A DNA stretch of 64,000 bases. Origin: an uncultured Lachnospiraceae bacterium. Its GTDB lineage: Bacteria > Bacillota > Clostridia > Lachnospirales > Lachnospiraceae. The position numbers and the translations under genes are program-made. Shown one piece after another: positions 1-8,325 of the stretch. The first letter of the stretch is position 1. Each line of letters opens with the position of its first letter. The stretch spans positions 30,028 through 94,027 of the forward strand of contig CAJUMJ010000041.1 of assembly GCA_910587095.1 (NCBI GenBank). Direction: 5' to 3'. The notes below the pieces were generated by a model. That model was not told the origin of the DNA and did no database searches. It worked only from the letters and a program-made list of their open reading frames with translations.

Positions 1-1
1 T

Positions 2-157
2 GCGAGCATCAACACATTGAACAAACAACTTTCCGCCGACTATACCGTCAGCGATCTTTTGAATACTACGCTGGAATTGGATCGCCGCAACACTGCCGCT
101 CTTTTGGATTACTATGAGTTGCTGACACTCAGGAATTCCGTCAATCGCGTAACATAG
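2..157 (+). CDS. 3' end of an unidentified CDS entering from the left edge (...LLDYYELLTLRNSVNRVT*)
   Basis: Frame 2 is open from the window edge to TAG at 155-157. It is absent from the ORF track because it is truncated. No family assignment is possible. Confidence 0.3.
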   Translation, partial: ASINTLNKQLSADYTVSDLLNTTLELDRRNTAALLDYYELLTLRNSVNRVT

Positions 158-192
158 GTAAAATCAAAAACTCTGACCACCTTTACATCAAG

Positions 193-354
193 ATGTACTC
201 TCGGAGTCTCTTTGTGCCTGATTTTGTGAGATGATTTTTTGTCAGATGTGCATAAATTTATGAGGCGTACGCGGAACGTACGTTGATTAAATTTATGTGC
301 ATATGGCGGAAAATCTGCCACAAGGGCAGGTGCAAAAGAGATTCCGAGAGTACA
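193..354. repeat. Dispersed repeat R1, copy 1 (near-identical to 52565-52694 but with a 35-bp hairpin-forming insertion)
   Basis: Direct alignment by eye: cggagtctctttgtgcctgattttgtgagatgattttttgtcagat...tgcatatggc[a/g]gaaaatctgccacaa[a/g]ggcaggtgcaa is shared by both loci. Confidence 0.8.
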
Positions 355-412
355 TCAAGCGGCGGGATCGACAATTTACCAATATTCCGACCGCTCTTTT
401 AGTCTGCTCTTA

Positions 413-1708
413 TCAAGAGAATTTTTCAATATCCCCATGTGCGGCCTTCCCGCCGCATATGGTGTAACTGACCACTCCCGGCATCCTCTCCCCCACGAAA
501 GGCGAGTTCGCGGCCTTGGACACAAAATCCTTGACCACCCACTCCTTTTTCGGGTCAAACACCACCAGATCCGCAGGTCCCCCCTCTTTCAGATAGCCCG
601 CGTCGAGATGATACAGTTTTGCGGGGGCAAGACTCATCTTCTCAATCAGCTCCATCATGGAAAGATACCCCTTGTCCACCAATTCCCGGATGCCAAGGGA
701 AAGAGCCGTCTCCAGCCCGATAATGCCGCTGGGCGCCTCGGTGATCGGTTTTGCCTTTTCCTCCGCGCTGTGGGGCGCGTGATCCGTGGCAATCATGCCG
801 ATGGTTCCGTCCCGCAGCCCCTCTATAATCGCCATACGATCCGCCTCCTCCCGCAGGGGCGGATTCATCTTCGCAAGCGTCCCATGCTCTATCACCGCCT
901 CCTCCGTCAGAGTAAAATGATGAGGAGTCGCCTCCGCGAAGACGTGACCGCTCTCTTTTTTCGCCTGCCGCACCAGCTCCACGGCCTCCTTCGTGCTGAT
1001 ATGCTGGACACAAAGATCCGCCCCTTCCTCTGCCGCGATCCGCAGATCCCGCTCCACCAGGGAGATTTCCGCCTCTCTGGGCGATCCGCCTATCCCGTAA
1101 AATGCCGCGGCCTTCTTTGCATTCACGCCGTTGTTTTTTATAAAGGCCGGGTTTTCCTCATGTAAGCTGACCGGTTTTTTGCACTTCGCCGCCCTCCGAA
1201 GCGCCGTCCGAAGCAATGTTTCGTCCATCAGCGCAACGCCGTCGTCCGTAAAACCTGCAGCCCCCTGTTCGCTAAGCGCCTCCATGTCTGTTAATTCTTT
1301 TCCCTGCAGCCCTTTCGTCACATTGGCGCAGGTGTAAACACGGATCCCCGTCTCCCTCCCCTTATCCAGCACATAGGAAAGAGTCTCCTTATTATCTACC
1401 GGCGGTTTCGTATTTGCCATCAGCACCACGGAAGTAAAACCGCCTTTTGCCGCAGCCGCAGCCCCGGTATGGATATCCTCCTTGTGGGTAAATCCGGGAT
1501 CCCGGAAATGCACATGCACATCCACTAACCCCGGAGCAACAATCTGACCGTTTAAGTCAATTTCCTTGCAGGAAGCCGCACAAGCCGCCTGCTCTCCACA
1601 GAGCGCGATCCTGACAATTCTCCCGATCCTTGTGTCAATCAAAATATCCCTGTATCCTTCCTCTTTCGATAAAGGATCTATCATATATCCGTTTCTTAAA
1701 TACAACAT
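413..1708 (-). CDS. pyrC: Dihydroorotase
   Basis: 431 aa. Contains the DVHVHFRDPG metal-binding motif, a DHAPH motif and an amidohydrolase fold pattern. RBS AAGGA lies upstream of the ATG. Confidence 0.9.
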   Translation of the reverse strand: MLYLRNGYMIDPLSKEEGYRDILIDTRIGRIVRIALCGEQAACAASCKEIDLNGQIVAPGLVDVHVHFRDPGFTHKEDIHTGAAAAAKGGFTSVVLMANTKPPVDNKETLSYVLDKGRETGIRVYTCANVTKGLQGKELTDMEALSEQGAAGFTDDGVALMDETLLRTALRRAAKCKKPVSLHEENPAFIKNNGVNAKKAAAFYGIGGSPREAEISLVERDLRIAAEEGADLCVQHISTKEAVELVRQAKKESGHVFAEATPHHFTLTEEAVIEHGTLAKMNPPLREEADRMAIIEGLRDGTIGMIATDHAPHSAEEKAKPITEAPSGIIGLETALSLGIRELVDKGYLSMMELIEKMSLAPAKLYHLDAGYLKEGGPADLVVFDPKKEWVVKDFVSKAANSPFVGERMPGVVSYTICGGKAAHGDIEKFS

Positions 1709-1767
1709 ATTTTCATCCTTTCCGTAATCCTGCTCTATCCCCGCATTACTCCAAATGTAATTGCCGC

Positions 1768-2199
1768 CTACTCGAACACCACCGGCTTCTGCGAAAACTC
1801 CATCTTCACTACCACATAAGGATAGCTTTCCACCGGCTTGCTCTTCTCCTCAGGCGAGGGCCCGATCAAATTTGTGTCGATATAGACAGCGTTTGCCGTC
1901 TCGTAAAGATCATTCACCGCAATGCTGTACCCGCCTGTCTGCTGCGTCCCGTATCCCACGCAGATATAGAGAAAGCCCTGGTCTTCAAATGTCAGCTTGA
2001 AGGTATCCTCCTTGCGCTCCTCAATCTTCGCAAGCAGCTCCTCCGGTATGTTGTCCTCCGCTATCACCGTGTATTCCAAGTCCTTGATCTTCTCCATAGG
2101 ATCCTGTTGTTTACCGCAGGCATACACTCCCATGCACAGCAGACAGACCAGGCAAACGCCAAGGAATCTCCTCTCAAACTCTGCAAAAGCATTTCTCAT
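1768..2199 (-). CDS. Small lipoprotein, PrcB-C-terminal-like (GYGTQQTGGYSI motif)
   Basis: Start moved to the ATG at 2199, which is preceded by GGAGG. The signal peptide ends in a VYAC lipobox-like sequence. The family call rests on motif resemblance only. Confidence 0.5.
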   Translation of the reverse strand: MRNAFAEFERRFLGVCLVCLLCMGVYACGKQQDPMEKIKDLEYTVIAEDNIPEELLAKIEERKEDTFKLTFEDQGFLYICVGYGTQQTGGYSIAVNDLYETANAVYIDTNLIGPSPEEKSKPVESYPYVVVKMEFSQKPVVFE

Positions 2200-2322
2200 A
2201 TGAACCTCCACCTGAAGCATTTACGCTTATTATCTAATTTATTATGCGGAGGCATTGTCTATTCCTATAGAATAATGCTATACTTATAACAAAATTTAGA
2301 AAAACACAGAGAGGTTATCCCT

Positions 2323-3057
2323 ATGATACGTCTGATATTAGTTGCCGCTTTCGTGATTCTGTTCCTGATTTTCAGCATTCCGATTCTGATCTTCGAATAT
2401 TTCCTCGGAAAATATAATATGACAGCCAAAGATAAGAGTTCCCTTGCCATCGTCAACTGGGCTTTTCGCTGTGTTCTTTTTCTGTCAGGCGTTTCCGTCA
2501 CGGTTCTCGGGGAGGAAAATGTTCCCCGGGACGTTCCGGTGCTTTACATCGGCAATCACCGCAGCTACTTTGACATTGTCATGACTTATGTGCGCGTTCC
2601 CAGGTCCACGGGCTATATCGCGAAGATCGATATGCTGAAGGTGCCGCTCCTCTCAAGCTGGATGAAAAACCTGCACTGTCTCTTTCTTGACAGGAAAGAT
2701 ATCAAGCAGGGGATGAAAACAATTCTGGCCGCAGTGGAGAAAGTGAAATCGGGCGTCTCGATCTGTATTTTCCCGGAAGGAAGCCGCAGCACGGAGCCGG
2801 ATGTCTTTCTCCCGTTCCACGGCGGCAGCTTCAAGATCGCGGAAAAATCAGACTGCCCCATCATCCCCATAAGCATCAACAATGCCGATCAGGTGTGGGA
2901 GGCGCATCTTCCGGCTATCAGGAAGACACACGTCGTCATCGAATACGGCGAGCCCATTTACATGAAAGACCTTGACAAAGAACAGAGACGCCACATCGAC
3001 GACATGGTGCTGTCTGTTATCAAGGAAATGTATTTTAAAAATAAGAATCTCGTGTAA
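2323..3057 (+). CDS. plsC: 1-acyl-sn-glycerol-3-phosphate acyltransferase
   Basis: NHRSYFD (HX4D) and FPEGSRS acyltransferase motifs, with an N-terminal TM helix. Confidence 0.85.
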   Translation: MIRLILVAAFVILFLIFSIPILIFEYFLGKYNMTAKDKSSLAIVNWAFRCVLFLSGVSVTVLGEENVPRDVPVLYIGNHRSYFDIVMTYVRVPRSTGYIAKIDMLKVPLLSSWMKNLHCLFLDRKDIKQGMKTILAAVEKVKSGVSICIFPEGSRSTEPDVFLPFHGGSFKIAEKSDCPIIPISINNADQVWEAHLPAIRKTHVVIEYGEPIYMKDLDKEQRRHIDDMVLSVIKEMYFKNKNLV

Positions 3058-3072
3058 GCTTATCTTTTATGT

Positions 3073-3098
3073 GGAGAATACCGCCCTCGGTATTCTCC
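3073..3098. repeat. Perfect 10-bp-stem hairpin GGAGAATACC-N6-GGTATTCTCC between convergent genes
   Basis: Read directly from the sequence. It has the same stem as the hairpins at 15775-15802 and 28904-28931 except for one compensated base pair. There is no flanking T-tract on either strand. Confidence 0.7.
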
Positions 3099-3105
3099 AA
3101 CGCTC

Positions 3106-4701
3106 TTATTCTTCCCCAACCATTATCTCCTCATCCAGAATCGCCGTCAGAAGAAGCAAAAGCTCCGCGTTCAAATCCACCTGCGCCATAATCCCCATCC
3201 CGGCGTCGACTTCCTGATAGCTTCGTCCGCCGAAGCCGTCCAGATAGGAAATGGCCTGCAAGTTGCGGCCCAGCATATAATGAAGGTGGTTTTCCAGCAC
3301 TGTTGCATATTCATGGTTTGTGATGATGTGGTCCACCACCGCAAGTCTCATCATGTCACGCAAAAGGCCGGCGTTTCCTCCTTTCTTTTCATCCGTATTC
3401 ACCAAAAGTTTAGAATCCTTGGACGCGTAGGAAATGATCTCCCCCTGGCGCATCAAGTTTTGAGCCAGAGACGAGCACAGCGTCATGTCGACCTTCTGCT
3501 TCGTTGACAGATAGGTCACACTGCCCCAGAAAACAAAGTCATTTCCAAGATCCTGCTCCGTATTCTGTTCCAGGTAAGCCTTGACCACATTGTGATAACG
3601 ATACCCTCCCGTGGCGCGGTAAAGCTCCGCCGCCGCAAAAAAATACTGCTCCTGCGACACATCCGCCAGATAGTTTTCCACATAGCGGTACGCCCTGTCC
3701 GCAGCCTGCAGGCAGAGCGTGGCGAACTCCCTGTCGTAACTTTGGTAGAGATAGCTGAATTTGGCCATGGTTGCTGCAAAGCGGATCGTCGCGTCCATGG
3801 TAATTCCGTCTATATAGAGAAGATAGCCCGACGCCTTACTGTCCACGGAGCTGACGGAAGCGTACACCGCTCCGCTCTTGGCATCCTGCATCTTCAGCAG
3901 CCAGTCAATCTCGTATTTCACCTCGTCGAGCACGTCAGGCACATTGTTACCGCTCTCAGGTATCCCCATGTCGTCTCCGATTGCTTCCGGGTACAACTCG
4001 TAGGCAAGCAGCAAGGAGTTGACTGCCTGGCACCCCTTTGCCACATCCCGGCTTCCGATCTCATCCATATGCCAGCCTCCCGACACATCCTGTTTGATCA
4101 TAGCCTCCTCTTTCATCTGCGCTTCCCTTAAATGGCAGGCATTGTGCGCCGCCTCCCCCGCCAGTTCAGTGGAGAGCGTCAGCCCGCACCTGTTAAAATA
4201 ATACTGCCTGAACACCTTTGAAAAAAGCGCCTCGTATGGCTCCTGCCCGATTTCAAACACGTAGGAGCGTCCAATCGAAGCCGCCTGTATGTAGTATGTC
4301 CCTGCTTTATTAAAATCGGTGAAATCCGCATAGCTGATATATGCGTTTGCAGCTACGTCAAATCCCTTATTTTCAATCTTTCCGGTATAAACCTCCTGGC
4401 CGGTCTTCGCATCCACCAGAGCAAAAGTTTCCGGGGTCGTCTCGCTGTTTATCATGGCAATCTTATTGCTCCCGATGACGTACCCTACCTGATCTGCCAA
4501 AATGCTCGGCAGGCTCTCCGGCACCTCGTAGTCAAATTCCGGCGACAGCCCAAGACTGGTAAAATCCTCGCTCTCCTCCCTGTTTGGCAGCGCGTCCGCG
4601 GGAAAGTCCCGGAAATCTCCGCAGCCCGCAGCAGCCGGTAAAAGGAGAGTAAAAACCAGACCAAAGCAGATTATTTTTTTAATGATATAATTCTTTCGCA
4701 C
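3106..4701 (-). CDS. Glycoside hydrolase family 9-like lipoprotein (Ig-like N-domain plus (alpha/alpha)6-type domain)
   Basis: 531 aa with a GTG start. The signal peptide has an AAGC lipobox. A DVSGGWH... motif resembles the GH9 GGW(Y)DAGD region, but DAGD is not canonical. Confidence 0.65.
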   Translation of the reverse strand: MRKNYIIKKIICFGLVFTLLLPAAAGCGDFRDFPADALPNREESEDFTSLGLSPEFDYEVPESLPSILADQVGYVIGSNKIAMINSETTPETFALVDAKTGQEVYTGKIENKGFDVAANAYISYADFTDFNKAGTYYIQAASIGRSYVFEIGQEPYEALFSKVFRQYYFNRCGLTLSTELAGEAAHNACHLREAQMKEEAMIKQDVSGGWHMDEIGSRDVAKGCQAVNSLLLAYELYPEAIGDDMGIPESGNNVPDVLDEVKYEIDWLLKMQDAKSGAVYASVSSVDSKASGYLLYIDGITMDATIRFAATMAKFSYLYQSYDREFATLCLQAADRAYRYVENYLADVSQEQYFFAAAELYRATGGYRYHNVVKAYLEQNTEQDLGNDFVFWGSVTYLSTKQKVDMTLCSSLAQNLMRQGEIISYASKDSKLLVNTDEKKGGNAGLLRDMMRLAVVDHIITNHEYATVLENHLHYMLGRNLQAISYLDGFGGRSYQEVDAGMGIMAQVDLNAELLLLLTAILDEEIMVGEE

Positions 4702-4744
4702 CTTCGCTTCCCTTTCCTCTGCGGCGCGTCTATGCTACGCCTGT

Positions 4745-4909
4745 CTAGTACAGCAAATAATTAATTTCTGATATATTGACGCCGGATGATTGCTTCATAT
4801 GCAAGGCGGAAGAAGGAGGCGTAGCGGTGGCTACGTCGACTGATGACAACGCCGCAGATGAACAATCAGACAAGTCAGGATGTCAGTTATTTAATATTTG
4901 CTGTACTAG
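4745..4909. repeat. 165-bp element bounded by 15-19-bp terminal inverted repeats (ctagtacagcaaata...tatttgctgtactag)
   Basis: The inverted repeats were read directly. There is an internal 6-bp hairpin, cgtagc-ggtg-gctacg. No ORF lies inside. Confidence 0.6.
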
Positions 4910-4956
4910 TATACCATATTCTCTCATACCTTAACAGATGGCTTTTAGGGAAAGAA

Positions 4957-6108
4957 TCACTGATCCTCCTTCGACGAGTAGACGATTTCCCCGTCAATGA
5001 GGGTGTAGAGGGTTTCGGAAAATACTTCCATGGGATTTTTGTTAAAGACGGCGATGTCCGCATCCTTACCTGGAGAAAGGCTTCCCACCCTGTCATCCAC
5101 GCCGCAGATTTTCGCGGCGTTTATTGTGATGGAGCGGAGTCCTTCCTTTACGGGCATACCGGCTTTCGCCGCAAGACCCGCGCAGATAGGAAGAAATTGG
5201 ATTTTGGAAACCGGATGGTCAGTCGTGATGGCGCACAAAATCCCGTACCCCGACATAAGCCCCGCCGTCTTAAAAGCCATGTTCTGCACTTCAATCTTAT
5301 TGCGGCTTGCCATATCGGGGCCTACAATGGCCGGGAATCCCGCCTCTTTCAATTCCTCCATTATCAGATGTCCCTCGCTGCAATGATCCAGAGTCATCCG
5401 CAGGCCAAATTCCTTCGCGATACGCACAGCCGTCAGGATATCGTCGGCCCGGTGCACATGAGCCTTCAGGGGAATGTCCCCGCGAAGCACCGGCAGCCAG
5501 CATTCATAACGGAAATCGACCGGCGCGTTTTCCTTTTCTCTCCGCTCCTTGTATGCAAACGCTTTTGTAAGCTCTTCCCTGAGCATGGCGGCGATGGCCA
5601 TGCGGGTGGAAGGGGATGTGCCCTGACCTGAATAATTTACCTTCGGATTTTCCCCGAAAGCTACTTTCATGGCCGCCGGCGCTTTCACGACCATCCGGTC
5701 GATGCATCTGCCATGCGTCTTGACAAAGGCGAACTGCCCGCCCACCACATTGGCGCTCCCCGGCCCGATCATGGCCGAGGTGATGCCGGCCCGGAGGGCG
5801 TCCGTAAACGCGGCATCCATAGGATTGATCGCGTCGACGGCGCGAAGGTACGGCGTTATGGGGTCCACATTTTCGTTACAGTCGTCCCCCTCCATTCCCT
5901 TCTTTTCTTCCGTAATCCCCATATGACAATGCGCCTCAATGATTCCCGGCATCACCACATTCCCCTGTACGTCAAGCGACTCCTCCTCCGATGCCGGACA
6001 GTCTCTCATATCCCCCAAGGCGGCAATTTTTCCGTCCCTTATCTCCACGTAGCCGTCCTCGTAATCCTGCCCTTCCATTGTCCATATATTTCCGTGTGTG
6101 ATATACAT
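4957..6108 (-). CDS. Amidohydrolase-family metallo-hydrolase
   Basis: 383 aa. Contains an EAHCH (HxH) motif and a C-terminal DADI motif. AGGAGG RBS. Confidence 0.8.
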   Translation of the reverse strand: MYITHGNIWTMEGQDYEDGYVEIRDGKIAALGDMRDCPASEEESLDVQGNVVMPGIIEAHCHMGITEEKKGMEGDDCNENVDPITPYLRAVDAINPMDAAFTDALRAGITSAMIGPGSANVVGGQFAFVKTHGRCIDRMVVKAPAAMKVAFGENPKVNYSGQGTSPSTRMAIAAMLREELTKAFAYKERREKENAPVDFRYECWLPVLRGDIPLKAHVHRADDILTAVRIAKEFGLRMTLDHCSEGHLIMEELKEAGFPAIVGPDMASRNKIEVQNMAFKTAGLMSGYGILCAITTDHPVSKIQFLPICAGLAAKAGMPVKEGLRSITINAAKICGVDDRVGSLSPGKDADIAVFNKNPMEVFSETLYTLIDGEIVYSSKEDQ

Positions 6109-6158
6109 TTGCCGCCTCCTGCGCTCATTGGGGGAATCTCTGTTTGTGTCACTGTAAT

Positions 6159-7190
6159 TTACTGTAATTTGCTTAACGGATTGACAGGTTCCCCGTCCTT
6201 TGTCAGTTTAAAGTACACGTTTGTTCCCTCCGTGCTGTAATATTTGGTAGGTGCCGCAACCGTGCCGATCCCGTCTCCCACCTGCACGTAACTGCCTTCG
6301 GATACGGTAATGTTTTCAAGCTGCCCGTAGGTCAGCTCATACCCGTTTCCAAGCTCCATCACCACCGTATTTCCGGTTCCCGGATCATAGCTGACGGAAG
6401 TTACCCTACCATCCGCCGCGGCCGAAATATTCTCTCCCTGTGTAGCCGCAATGACGATGGCCGGATTGTATTTATATTGGTCAAGCGTAGGAAAATAAAT
6501 GGTTTTATCCATGCTGAAATTGATCAGCACATCTCCGACAATCGGCCACACCAGGCCGTCCTCCTCGCCAAAGTCCAGCTCCGGCTGCACCGTCGTGGAA
6601 ATTCCGTCCGCCTGCACCTCTTCGCTCATAACCGTGTCAACGTCTTCGTCAAACATGCCCGCTTCCGCTTCCTTGTCCTCCTGAGCCTGTCCCTCCTTCT
6701 TCTCTGCTGCGGATTTCTTTACCGGATCATCCTTCTTTTGCTCCTCGTCCTCAGGCTTCGTCTCTTCCTTTTTCGACTGATCCGCTTCCTTGTCCGACTC
6801 GGCTTCCTTCTCTTTCTTTTCCTTTTCTTCTTTCTCTTTTTTCTCCTTGATCTTTTCCTCTATGGTTTCCACTTCCCCGAATTTATCGGAATCATCCGTG
6901 TTTTCCACATGCAGGGAATTCGCCTCCTGAAAGTTCGGGTCATAATCCAGGTCATCGGTTCCCACTCCCGCGAAAAGGGTGTCCAGTTCTTCCCCGTCCA
7001 CCATATTTTCCGCAAGCTCTGCACTGCTTTGCTCCAGTGTCTCGAAATCCACTACATAGTCTTCCTTCTCGGACCGGTTATTGTTTCTCACATAAACGCC
7101 CGTCACCGTAAGCGCCGCCAGGACAAGCACTGAGGACGCCAGCATAATGATTCTCTCTTTTCTGATGTTGCTTCTGTTTCTTCTCGCCAT
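6159..7190 (-). CDS. Membrane-anchored LytM/M23-domain protein with a degenerate active site; SpoIIQ-like by position downstream of spoIID
   Basis: Start set at the ATG at 7190 (AGGAGG, 8-nt spacer). It has a TM anchor, a long E/K-rich linker and a C-terminal M23-like fold. The fold lacks the HxxxD and HxH residues. Confidence 0.6.
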   Translation of the reverse strand: MARRNRSNIRKERIIMLASSVLVLAALTVTGVYVRNNNRSEKEDYVVDFETLEQSSAELAENMVDGEELDTLFAGVGTDDLDYDPNFQEANSLHVENTDDSDKFGEVETIEEKIKEKKEKEEKEKKEKEAESDKEADQSKKEETKPEDEEQKKDDPVKKSAAEKKEGQAQEDKEAEAGMFDEDVDTVMSEEVQADGISTTVQPELDFGEEDGLVWPIVGDVLINFSMDKTIYFPTLDQYKYNPAIVIAATQGENISAAADGRVTSVSYDPGTGNTVVMELGNGYELTYGQLENITVSEGSYVQVGDGIGTVAAPTKYYSTEGTNVYFKLTKDGEPVNPLSKLQ

Positions 7191-7292
7191 GAAACTCGCC
7201 TCCTGTTTTCTTCCGGCGCCGGGCAGTGTATGTTTAGAATAAGGAGCCCGCCGCATCGGGTTTCTCTGATAGTTTTACCCATATTTTCCCGA

Positions 7293-8267
7293 TTATTCAA
7301 ATTTTTCTAATTCCGCCGGTAAAAAGAAATCAGAGAGTATTCTCTCATAGCCCTCACCGTCTTTCGCCATGCAATCCGCCGTATACTGACTCATGCCAAA
7401 GCCATGTCCCACCCCCGTCACATAAAATACGACCCGCTCCTCCTCCTGCTCCATCTCAAAAGAAGCGGACGCAAGGCCGAAAAGATGTCTGTACGTTTCC
7501 CCGTCTACTTTTTTCTCCTCTCCCTCCCGGTTGCAGTACGACACGCTCGTCATATATCCGCTCCCGTCAAAAACAAATTTCCCCCTCCCCCATAGCTCTT
7601 CCTCCTCATAGTCCCCGCCAAGAGCTCTGCGAAGCTTCTCCGTATAGACATTCCTGTCCACTTTTACCACGCTGCGATAGTCCGGCGCGTTTTTATCCTG
7701 CTCACAGGAAACCGCCGCGAGATAAGGGCTGTCCTCCCCTCCAGCCTTCCCGGCCGCCCTGGTTTGTCCGTTACTCACTTTAAAATAAGACGCCCGGATC
7801 GGTTTTCCCTGATAAGTCAAAATCTCCCCCGCAGTCTCTTCCACCACACGTCTGAAAGGCTGCAAAGTCTCTTCCCACGCCTCGTCCTTATCCCTGTAAA
7901 ATCCGGCCAACCCTTCCCCGTCCACATCGACCTTCCGGTCCGCAGATTCCTCATACATGGCAGCAAGCTCCGTCCTGAGAAGCACCGCCTGGGCTTTCCT
8001 GGCCTCCTGTTCGCATTCCCCCGGCATGGACAGATAAAGCTGATACGTCAGATATTCGCTGGCCGGAAGCTCCCATACGCCCCAGTCCACCATGGCAGCC
8101 ACCATATAGGCATCCTCTTGTTTATCCCTGTTTTCTCCTCTATGTATCTCCTCCCCCACATGCCCCCACAGGCTGGCGCAGACATAAGGCAATAAAAAAA
8201 CAAACAAAAGGAAGCTTCCTGCATCCCTTTTGTTTGTTCTGTTTGAGACGATTCCATTTTTCTTCAT
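7293..8267 (-). CDS. spoIID: Stage II sporulation protein D (SpoIID/LytB domain)
   Basis: GVGHGFGMSQYTA motif and an N-terminal TM helix. Start set at MKKNG. Confidence 0.85.
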   Translation of the reverse strand: MKKNGIVSNRTNKRDAGSFLLFVFLLPYVCASLWGHVGEEIHRGENRDKQEDAYMVAAMVDWGVWELPASEYLTYQLYLSMPGECEQEARKAQAVLLRTELAAMYEESADRKVDVDGEGLAGFYRDKDEAWEETLQPFRRVVEETAGEILTYQGKPIRASYFKVSNGQTRAAGKAGGEDSPYLAAVSCEQDKNAPDYRSVVKVDRNVYTEKLRRALGGDYEEEELWGRGKFVFDGSGYMTSVSYCNREGEEKKVDGETYRHLFGLASASFEMEQEEERVVFYVTGVGHGFGMSQYTADCMAKDGEGYERILSDFFLPAELEKFE

Positions 8268-8325
8268 ACGACACTCCACACACTAATCAATCTATTCCTA
8301 TGTGGATGTCCTAAAGTTTATACCT

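Noticed and set aside
112-321. 69-aa minus-strand ORF, and its counterpart at 52521-52733, sharing the peptide DKKSSHKIRHKETP
   Set aside because: The similarity is confined to the nucleotide repeat R1. The flanking protein sequence is unrelated, and the 35-bp indel between the copies breaks the frame, so the conservation is at the DNA/RNA level.
437-1165. Long plus-strand ORF (242 aa) and many similar ORFs antisense to strong genes (for example 15838-16785, 27206-28180, 36677-37435, 42540-43568, 54178-55038, 62129-62932)
   Set aside because: They lie fully inside well-supported genes on the opposite strand. Their translations are R/H/P/L-rich low-complexity sequence typical of shadow frames in GC-rich DNA. 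No RBS-like sequences were seen.
6151-6170. Tandem 10-bp duplication ACTGTAATTT x2 at the 3' end of the LytM gene
   Set aside because: The reading frame ends ...KLQ-stop with or without the duplication, so it has no visible coding consequence. It is too short to interpret.
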